Below, piece by piece: positions 29,195 to 36,218 of a stretch of 64,000 bases of DNA (position 1 is the stretch's first letter; each line of letters starts with the position of its first letter). The stretch is from assembly GCA_902788865.1 (NCBI GenBank), contig CADALZ010000006.1, forward strand, positions 6,376 through 70,375, written 5' to 3'. A program made the translations under genes and the position numbers. The DNA comes from an uncultured Bacteroidales bacterium (lineage in GTDB: Bacteria; Bacteroidota; Bacteroidia; Bacteroidales; Bacteroidaceae). The notes under the pieces are model-generated. The model saw only the letters and a list, made by a program, of their open reading frames with translations, was not told the DNA's origin and ran no database searches.

Positions 29195-29390
29195 TTGTTC
29201 GTTCGTTCATTCTTTCCCGCAGGGGAAAGAACGAACCAAGAAAGGCTGCCCGACTGCATTTTCTCCGCTAAAAATCGTTCACGTTTTCCTAAGCGCTGCA
29301 AGACGAGCCCCTTCGGGTCCCTAATTGGTGCAGCGCTTTTAACGGAAAACGCTCACGATTTTCTTAACGCTCCAAAAATGAGGTCGGGGT
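29195..29390. repeat. Structured palindromic intergenic element
   Basis: Short hairpin 29210-29231 plus nested stems CCCGAC/GTCGGG, AAAATCGT/ACGATTTT, CGTTTTCC/GGAAAACG, AAGCGCTGCA/TGCAGCGCTT around a CTTCGG loop. Confidence 0.65.
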
Positions 29391-29492
29391 GGGGGGTACA
29401 ACATCGCTTCGCTCGTTGTACGTTTTATGGTGAGGGTTTGAGTGTGGAACCAAGCTTGCTTGAGACGCTCGATAGATCTGATGCAAGTATCG

Positions 29493-29527
29493 CTCAATTC
29501 TCAATTCTCAATCCTCAATCCTCAATG
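29493..29527. repeat. Heptamer tandem repeat (CTCAATY x5)
   Basis: Reverse complement of the 13077-13125 unit, just after the smalltalk stop. Confidence 0.85.
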
Positions 29528-29530
29528 ACC

Positions 29531-29629
29531 TTACATGCAGCTCTGCACAGCCAGGGAGCCCAGGATGGCGGTGATCACAGTGGCCACTACCTGAAGAATC
29601 TGTTTGATGGTGTTCCATTTGAAGTTCAT
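29531..29629 (-). CDS. Smalltalk-family small membrane protein
   Basis: MNFKWNTIKQILQVVATVITAILGSLAVQSCM; typical position between HU-like and amidase genes. Confidence 0.85.
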   Translation of the reverse strand: MNFKWNTIKQILQVVATVITAILGSLAVQSCM

Positions 29630-29662
29630 AACTCTGAATGTTTTAATTTTTGAATGATTTAT

Positions 29663-29702
29663 TTTTTGCATTTTTGCATTTTTGCATTTTTGCATTTTTG
29701 CA
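29663..29702. repeat. Octamer tandem repeat (TTTTTGCA x5)
   Basis: Five perfect units upstream of smalltalk. Confidence 0.9.
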
Positions 29703-29855
29703 TTTAAAAAAAGCTGGGGACAGTGAGCGCAAGGCGCGTACAGGACAGTTTTGCGTGTGTTATGGAGTGTTTGTAATGTCGTGTACAGAAAGTCTCCCAT
29801 TGGTGTCCTCGCTGATCCCCCCGGACACTCACTGCCAGCCCAGAACCTCAGGGGC

Positions 29856-30428
29856 TTAGCCTATGCCGCCATCGCCTCCGGTGTTATCACCTCCACCAGT
29901 GTTGTCTCCACCTGTTTCAGTGGAACCAGTGTCGGTGCCTGATGGGTTAGTACCCGATGGGTTGGTGCCAGTGCTGTCCTCATCGTCAGTTCCGTCGGTT
30001 TTCTTCTTCTTGCCTTCGACGAGATCCTTCACGTTCATGAACGTAGCCTTCTCCTTCAGCATCTTCGAAGAGAGGTTGCTCACATCCGTGCGAGAGGGGG
30101 CAAAGCAGAGGAACAGTCCCTTGATGTTCACGCCCAGGTTGTAGTCCTCGGCATTATCCACGCTGGAACTCTTTACCGAGAGGTAGAATGTACCCAGCTC
30201 ACCGAACTGTACCTTCTTGCCCTCCAGCAGTTGCTCCAGGATACAGGCCTGTAGCTTGTTGGCCACACCCAGACAGACATCCGGTCCATACACCGAGTTG
30301 TGTTCCGACACATGCTTACAGAGCTCCTGATAGGTCATGGTCTTGGTAGAAACCACACGACCGAAGTGACGGCCATAAGCCGCAGAGTTCTTGATCTTGT
30401 TTTCGTAAACCTTGATTAGAATAGGCAT
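29856..30428 (-). CDS. Bacteroidetes HU-related DNA-binding protein
   Basis: LLEGKKVQFGELGTFYLS; Gly/Asp/Thr-rich tail; start at ATG 30428. Confidence 0.88.
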   Translation of the reverse strand: MPILIKVYENKIKNSAAYGRHFGRVVSTKTMTYQELCKHVSEHNSVYGPDVCLGVANKLQACILEQLLEGKKVQFGELGTFYLSVKSSSVDNAEDYNLGVNIKGLFLCFAPSRTDVSNLSSKMLKEKATFMNVKDLVEGKKKKTDGTDDEDSTGTNPSGTNPSGTDTGSTETGGDNTGGGDNTGGDGGIG

Positions 30429-30433
30429 AACTA

Positions 30434-30468
30434 AACATTGAACATTAAACATTGAACATTGAGCATTA
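30434..30468. repeat. Heptamer tandem repeat (AACATTR x5, degenerate)
   Basis: Same unit as 16834-16931, just upstream of the HU start. Confidence 0.85.
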
Positions 30469-30524
30469 TTGCTGCGCGCTTCACAATAATCGCTAATCTT
30501 CATCAATGATTTTCATTGACAATG

Positions 30525-30601
30525 CAAAGTTACGACATACCAAAAAGGCACTTTCCTGTTAATGTAGGTTAGGGTAGGTTATTGCAAGTTAATGTGGGTT
30601 A
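30525..30601 (-). promoter_or_regulatory. HU-gene promoter with phased TAAC repeats
   Basis: TAACTTTG at 30532-30525; plus-strand GTTA at 30558, 30568, 30578, 30588, 30598. Confidence 0.65.
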
Positions 30602-30612
30602 GTTTTGTGCAT

Positions 30613-30692
30613 CGTTGTGATATCTATGCAGAAGTATTCGCAGAGCCAGCGGACCACGTGGGGAGGGATGCTTCTGGCTCCAGGAGGGTAGC
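30613..30692 (+). repeat. 80-bp direct repeat, copy 1
   Basis: 79/80 identical to 32001-32080. Confidence 0.95.
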
Positions 30693-30694
30693 TC

Positions 30695-31861
30695 TCAAGA
30701 TAAATCCGTAGTGACTTCTTCCTCTTCTTCGGCTACATCCTCTATCAAAGATGCATTATACTCCTCCACCAGGCTTTTGAATAATTCGGCATCACTTTCA
30801 TTTTCAAACCTATGCTTAACAATTGACTTGATATTTTGGTTCTTTATTTTCTTCCCCATCATTCTAAACCATGATATATAGTCCATTATATCATCCTCAT
30901 TAGTAAGGTCGTAAATCTTACTGAACGGATTTGCTATTTTATCATGAACCCCCTTAACAATATGTTTGTATTTTTTTACCTTAGCCTTATATTCTTGAAG
31001 TTTTCCTTTCAGGTCTCCCTGATTTTGTTGTCGTTTGAGTTCTGCTAGAGTTTCCTGATATTTCTTTTTCAATTCCATCAGTTCTTTCTGATATTCCTTT
31101 TTCAATTCCATCAATTCATTCCTATGTTTCTTTTTCAGCTCCTTCATATCTTTTTTATAGTTTAGGAAGTCATTATGCTCTAATTTATCCTTAAGGAAAC
31201 GGTTATAAAATTGATGATAAGATAAAAGATAATCTGCTGCTTCTTCATTAACAGTAATTGATAGGATTGCTTTCTTCATTGATCTATTGATGGGAATCCT
31301 CCATAAACAAAAGATCCAAAACAACTGCATCATTGCATAAACACTGGATATTTGCTGATAACCCATTATACTTAAGGTCTTGACATCTTCTTCGTTTACA
31401 GTAAGGCCTATTGACAGCTCTCCTTTCTCCAATTCTGGTTCAGGGTTCACTTCCAGGAATGGTTTGATCTCTTCTCCATCATAATAGGGAAATGTGCTTT
31501 GAAGCCATTCCTGTTTATATTCAATCCAAGCGTTTACGGAATCAACAAATTCTTCTTTTTGTGGATCACTTTGACAGAACTCCTCAATATATGCAGTTTC
31601 TAATTCAAAAACAGCCTTATGGAAGACGATACACAACTCAATATCATCTATATTATAATTAATGATCTTACTGGTTCTTTGTTTGGTCTCACTATATGGA
31701 AACGATATGCCAACACAGGTGAGTTGGTGTTTCACAAAGGTTAATGCCATTACCTCTACCACTTCTCTATTTTCTCGTATTTTCACAACGATATGTCTGT
31801 GTCCATAAGCACGCAAGAGCTCAATGAGATACAATTTAGCATTTTCGAATCTATTTTCCAT
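30695..31861 (-). CDS. AT-rich hypothetical protein with 11-residue coiled-coil repeat
   Basis: 388-aa ORF, own TATCTTTG box (31900-31893); ELMELKKEYQK ELMELKKKYQE repeat. Confidence 0.8.
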   Translation of the reverse strand: MENRFENAKLYLIELLRAYGHRHIVVKIRENREVVEVMALTFVKHQLTCVGISFPYSETKQRTSKIINYNIDDIELCIVFHKAVFELETAYIEEFCQSDPQKEEFVDSVNAWIEYKQEWLQSTFPYYDGEEIKPFLEVNPEPELEKGELSIGLTVNEEDVKTLSIMGYQQISSVYAMMQLFWIFCLWRIPINRSMKKAILSITVNEEAADYLLSYHQFYNRFLKDKLEHNDFLNYKKDMKELKKKHRNELMELKKEYQKELMELKKKYQETLAELKRQQNQGDLKGKLQEYKAKVKKYKHIVKGVHDKIANPFSKIYDLTNEDDIMDYISWFRMMGKKIKNQNIKSIVKHRFENESDAELFKSLVEEYNASLIEDVAEEEEEVTTDLS

Positions 31862-31976
31862 AACCTAATTTTAAATTATACTATTAGATTTGCAAAGATA
31901 AGGAACAAAACAAATATTTCAAGAATCTCTATCGTTCTTGTTGTAACTTTATTTGTTATGCCATAAGTTTATAAAC

Positions 31977-32183
31977 CTAATATGTCTTTATTTTCCCTCG
32001 CGTTGTGACATCTATGCAGAAGTATTCGCAGAGCCAGCGGACCACGTGGGGAGGGATGCTTCTGGCTCCAGGAGGGTAGCCCATTTGGGTGAGCTGTGGC
32101 TCCAAGGGGCGGAGCCAGTTGTTGAACGTGCGGAGTGATACGCCGGCATGATCGGCCATCTGGGTTCTTGTCATTGATTTCAT
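31977..32183 (-). CDS. Small HTH protein (DUF4248/excisionase-like)
   Basis: MTRTQMADHAGVSLRTFNNWL..GYPPGARSIPPHVVRWLCE; position downstream of VapE. Confidence 0.75.
   Translation of the reverse strand: MKSMTRTQMADHAGVSLRTFNNWLRPLEPQLTQMGYPPGARSIPPHVVRWLCEYFCIDVTTRGKIKTY
32001..32080 (+). repeat. 80-bp direct repeat, copy 2
   Basis: Lies inside the 3' half of the small HTH gene. Confidence 0.95.
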
Positions 32184-32186
32184 CTT

Positions 32187-32220
32187 GAATTATGAATTAT
32201 AAATTATGAATTATGAATTT
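32187..32220. repeat. Heptamer tandem repeat (RAATTAT)
   Basis: GAATTAT GAATTAT AAATTAT GAATTAT; similar array at 34966-34994. Confidence 0.8.
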
Positions 32221-32252
32221 CAAGTTTCGCAAGCTGATGCCGTAGGCATCTT

Positions 32253-32403
32253 ATAGGGTAGCCAGCCATGCAATGGCTGGATAAATAGCGGCCATTGAAT
32301 GCGTGCCTTTAGGTACGCCACCCACAATTTGTTGCATACCTACGGCACGCTGTCTCTCTGTAGCATCCATATTACCAGCCATTGACATGGCTGGCTACCC
32401 TAT
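32253..32403. repeat. REP/MITE-like palindrome
   Basis: ATAGGGTAGCCAGCCATGCAATGGCTGG at the left end and CCAGCCATTGACATGGCTGGCTACCCTAT at the right end. Confidence 0.75.
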
Positions 32404-32627
32404 TAAGCCCCTCTGGGGCTTTGTCTCACAGAATGCTAGCATCACTTGCTATACTTGAGCAGATTTTTTTATTCTGCATGGAATTTCGTTTAATTCGGTA
32501 AATTCGTGGTTTATAATTTCAGCCTTTATCCGTTGGGCTTGCAGGCTCTATTCGGTGCGTTTAGAGGCTTTAAACGGAACGTTTGCAGGCTTTATTCTAT
32601 TTGATTTTAGGGTTCATTTATTCAACT

Positions 32628-32738
32628 TGTGACGGATGTGACGGATAAAATACGACTTTTTATATAGAAATATATTTGGTTCGAACCAAATGTATTTCCT
32701 ATACGAAAGTTACATATATAAGCGTCACATCCGTCACA
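32628..32738. other. Dyad-symmetric ori-like site
   Basis: Perfect 16-bp IR TGTGACGGATGTGACG / CGTCACATCCGTCACA around an AT-rich core centred on ATTTGGTTCGAACCAAAT. Confidence 0.6.
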
Positions 32739-32745
32739 TAAGATT

Positions 32746-34959
32746 TTAAAAAGACAATTTGTTTTGAGTAGGATTACCATTATCGTCCTTTTTATCAGAC
32801 ACTTGCGAATATCCTTCAGCTGAAATCAAGGCCTGAAGTTCATTATTGGGAATCTCAAATACTTGATAGAACATTCCATCTCGATAATGCTTATAGGTAA
32901 ATCCCAGCCGTTTCATTATTCCTCCTATCAGCTTCGAAGAAAACCCACGACCATTGCCGCCTCCTATCTGCTGTGCGATGTTGGCAGCTGTGAGCCACTT
33001 CACGGGAGTGTCCGTGAGCTTGGGCTTGCGATAGCGCTGCAGGATGAGCTGCTCCTCATCACTCATCACGCTGAAGGCACGGTTTTGCTCCTCCACGCGC
33101 TCCTTCTCCTCCAGGTCGAAGTAGTAGCGGAAGCCATCGCGATGCTGGTCGCGCAGCTGGGCATAGAGCTGGTCGTAGTTCATCTGCCAGTTGTGAGGAT
33201 CGTCTATCCTGCTCACCTTGAAGCAGAGCCAACGGCGGTTGCCCGTCTCATCCGTGAGGAACTCCTCCGTGTTGCCCGTGGCACAGAACGAGGCCAGCCT
33301 GTGGCGCACCTCAGGGAACCGTCCGTAGGGCTTGCGCTCCTTCACCTTGACGCTGGTAGCCAGCGACTTCAGTTCCGAGAGCTCCCGCTCACGGCTCACC
33401 CCCACCTCCTCTATCTCCACGAAGCAGTTCTCTGCCAGGGCTATGTGGTCGTCCTTCGAGGCGAAGGAGTTGTGCGCATTCTCCCAGAAGTAAGGCCGCA
33501 GTACGGGAGGGAGCAGGTAGCGGAAGAAAGTGGTCTTGTAGATGCCCTGCGGACCTATGAGCGTGAAGATGGTCTGGTTGGCTTGCTCGTCGCTCATCCA
33601 TGTGGCCACACTCGCTACCAGCCACTTGTGCAGCGCCCACTGCATCAGCTCCTGCGCCTCCTTCGCACTCTGCCGCTCACTCACAGGCTCCGCCGTGACA
33701 TGAGCCGCCAGCTCCGCCACACGGTCAATCCCGTCCCAGCTTTGCAGTCCGTTGATATAGTCACGCACAGGATGCACCAGTCGGGCAAAGTCGCTCTGTA
33801 TCACGTCCATCACATCCGCCTTCAGCACACGCTTCCCCGTATCCTTGGCGATGGTGCAGCGCAGCGAGGCCACCGCCCTGCCATCCATCTGCTGCCACTC
33901 GTCACCCTTGTTTCGGTTGCAGAAGAACGTCTGATCAGTCACCTGGTTGTACATCAGCTCTATGTGATGCTGTATGAGCCAGGAGCATATCTCCTCCATG
34001 GTGATCATAGACACCTCACCACGGCTACGCCCCTGCTTGTTCAGTCGCCAGGTGCCATGCAGGCTCTCATACTTTTTGTACAGCCAGTCTATGGTGCGCC
34101 TGCGCTCCTTCCCGTCATACTCTGCCCACTCCTGTTCAGCCCACGTCTGCAGGTCATCCTTGTCACATCCCAGACGGTTGAACGCATAGGCCGCATGCAG
34201 CACATAGTCATGATGCGTGCCCGCCCCGAACTCTATGTCGCGCCTTGTCATCATCTGCTTCACCACAGGCCATGCCAGCTCAGGCTCCGCACTGTGCGTG
34301 CCCTTGGCATACTCCTTGCGAGGCTTGCCAGACTCCCTGCCCTCAGAGAAGTTCTCCTGCAGCATCTCTTCCTCCGTCACCTGGAAAGGCACCGCCTCGG
34401 GGTTGAAGTATACCTCCGGATCATGCGCCAGGCCCGAGAGCCTGTTCACGTTGCCGCACTGCCTGTCGTAGGGAGTCCCCGCCAGCTCCGCATAGAGCTC
34501 GTTGGCCTTCTTGTAGGCTGCTGCATAAGGGATGGCGTTGAGGTGAGCATTCCCATCAGCCCGCTCGAAGATGCTAATGGCCCTGAGTCCGTCGCCCACT
34601 GTGCGATAGAGCAGGAACGTGTGAGGATCCGCCTTGCACCGCTGGAACGCCTCCTCCCGATGCTCCACATGGTCTATGTCACAATACACCAGCCCCGTGA
34701 ACGAGGTGATGTGTGTGACCTGCTTCCCCATGCCGTTGAAGAGCACCGCCACCGAGAACGATGGCATCTTCTGCTCCTTGATTTCCCGCTTCGCCACCTG
34801 TGGGCTCACGTTATGCTCCAGCCTGTGATAATCCTCTGTAAGTTGTTTCACCCAACTGTCGTGTTTGATCAGTCTCACCACCTCATAGATGTCGATGGCC
34901 CTGCTTTGGTAAGCCGTGTTATTCTGAAACAGGCTGACGCGTAAATTCTTGATGTCCAT
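32746..34959 (-). CDS. VapE/VirE-family ATPase with BT4734-like N-terminal (primase-like) domain
   Basis: FTGLVYCDIDHV, HPVRDYI, WDGIDR, Walker A GPQGIYKT, SFCATGN, FLTDETGNRRW. Confidence 0.9.
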   Translation of the reverse strand: MDIKNLRVSLFQNNTAYQSRAIDIYEVVRLIKHDSWVKQLTEDYHRLEHNVSPQVAKREIKEQKMPSFSVAVLFNGMGKQVTHITSFTGLVYCDIDHVEHREEAFQRCKADPHTFLLYRTVGDGLRAISIFERADGNAHLNAIPYAAAYKKANELYAELAGTPYDRQCGNVNRLSGLAHDPEVYFNPEAVPFQVTEEEMLQENFSEGRESGKPRKEYAKGTHSAEPELAWPVVKQMMTRRDIEFGAGTHHDYVLHAAYAFNRLGCDKDDLQTWAEQEWAEYDGKERRRTIDWLYKKYESLHGTWRLNKQGRSRGEVSMITMEEICSWLIQHHIELMYNQVTDQTFFCNRNKGDEWQQMDGRAVASLRCTIAKDTGKRVLKADVMDVIQSDFARLVHPVRDYINGLQSWDGIDRVAELAAHVTAEPVSERQSAKEAQELMQWALHKWLVASVATWMSDEQANQTIFTLIGPQGIYKTTFFRYLLPPVLRPYFWENAHNSFASKDDHIALAENCFVEIEEVGVSRERELSELKSLATSVKVKERKPYGRFPEVRHRLASFCATGNTEEFLTDETGNRRWLCFKVSRIDDPHNWQMNYDQLYAQLRDQHRDGFRYYFDLEEKERVEEQNRAFSVMSDEEQLILQRYRKPKLTDTPVKWLTAANIAQQIGGGNGRGFSSKLIGGIMKRLGFTYKHYRDGMFYQVFEIPNNELQALISAEGYSQVSDKKDDNGNPTQNKLSF

Positions 34960-34990
34960 TAGATTGAATTATAAAATTGTAAATTATGAA

Positions 34991-35305
34991 TTATTTCTTC
35001 ATTTTTTCATTCGTCGTGTTTTGGTCTATTATCACCTGAATTTCCTCGGAGTTGCCATATTCCCAGAGAGACTTGCCAAGGTCATTCCAGATGGTGTCAA
35101 AACTTTTTTCATCCATCACTGCTGCCAGCAATAAGAAAAAACGTGTCAATGTATCCCCTTTATGCGTGAACATCTTTTCTGGATTGAATATGTCACCGTT
35201 GAAATACCCAGCTTTCAATACAAACCACCTAAAGCCCCGATACTGTTTGTTCACCACTCCTAATACACACTCTGCGAGAGATACCAAAACTTCTTTTCCT
35301 ATCAT
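34991..35305 (-). CDS. Hypothetical protein
   Basis: 104-aa ATG ORF directly upstream of VapE on the same strand. Confidence 0.55.
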   Translation of the reverse strand: MIGKEVLVSLAECVLGVVNKQYRGFRWFVLKAGYFNGDIFNPEKMFTHKGDTLTRFFLLLAAVMDEKSFDTIWNDLGKSLWEYGNSEEIQVIIDQNTTNEKMKK

Positions 35306-35538
35306 AACTTGTTGTTATTTAAAAAGTTAATAATTGCTGCGAAGTAGCCAGAAGCTTAATTTCGCTCAGCGAAATTATAGCTTCTGAAATTGGCATTTTG
35401 AGAGAACTCTCAAGGTTGGTGATACTATCTTAAGTTAGATGTGCTCCGTTAAGGTTTTTTATGATTTCAGGGCTGTAGGAGTGTAATCCATTACTCGCAA
35501 ACTGAAAATGCGTATTTACGCAAAAATAGTAAATAGAT

Positions 35539-35756
35539 ATGGTGATAAATCGTGATATCCATCTCCAGAAACTTATTGAGAGTAAGCACAGTTGGCCAAC
35601 CCGACTAAGTTGGAAAACACTTTTCTAACCGTGAAACATAGCAATATCTCGTATGTGATTACAGAAGACTTAATCACTCGCTATGTGGATAATGATGGAA
35701 TCACTTATATGAATATCTATGAGTTTTTGCTTGACGAAAATAGTTTAAGGGTGTAA
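35539..35756 (+). pseudogene. Collapsed relic of an AAA_14/DUF4143 ATPase gene
   Basis: MVINRDIHLQKLIESKH, then frameshift to ANPTKLENTF..KHSNIS joined to DGITYMNIYEFLLDENSL-stop. Confidence 0.6.
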
Positions 35757-35774
35757 AACAATCTTATTTCCTTC

Positions 35775-35853
35775 ATTTCATACACCGAAACCAACATTTC
35801 ATACATTTTTCATAGCCTGATATTTGATTTTTCAAATCAAGTTTTTATCTTTG
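35775..35853 (+). promoter_or_regulatory. LytTR-type direct-repeat promoter, copy 2 (srf operon)
   Basis: ATTTCATACA at 35775 and 35796, 40 nt, TATCTTTG 35846-35853; -33 TTTG at 35823-35826. Confidence 0.82.
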
Positions 35854-35859
35854 TGGTGT

Positions 35860-36188
35860 CCTCACGCTGGTACTTCTTCTTAGGTGGGAGTGAAGGGTGG
35901 GACGATTACATATTGGAAAGGCGTATATCATGCGCTTTGTTCTTGGCATTCTGTAACCTAGGAAATTACATTCACAGTCATGAACATAGCAGCGATAGAC
36001 GCCCACTTGGGTATGATTTTGTTATGCCTTAACTATACCTTATATATATTAAGATATAGATTCCACTGAGGCATATACTTTCATATCAGCGTGGGGTCTT
36101 AGTTGCTCGTTCTACTGTGATGGGCAATCCTAGGGCCTCAGAATGCGTGAGCGAGCACTGGTACAGGCTCTCACGCTTTTCTTTTTTA
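35860..36188 (+). ncRNA. Long structured 5' leader with terminator (candidate attenuator/cis-regulatory RNA)
   Basis: About 200-nt rod of nested stems 35946-36146, then GCGTGA..TCACGC hairpin and T tract. Confidence 0.55.
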
Positions 36189-36218
36189 TTAATAATGTAA
36201 GGACAGATTGTTTATATT

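Larger units (their letters stand above)
28750..35305 (-). mobile_element. Bacteroidales VapE-HTH-HU-smalltalk-amidase module (satellite/defective phage-like)
   Basis: Characteristic gene order on one strand plus ori-like dyad; no integrase or structural genes seen. Confidence 0.5.

Noticed and set aside
30613-32080. 80-bp repeat pair as DGR template/variable repeat
   Set aside because: The one mismatch is A/G on the coding strand, but a single change among many adenines and no reverse transcriptase in the window does not support a DGR
32863-34944. 693-aa plus-strand ORF
   Set aside because: Antisense shadow of the GC-rich VapE gene; no recognisable motifs
28750-35305. Intact prophage
   Set aside because: No integrase, terminase, capsid or tail genes recognised
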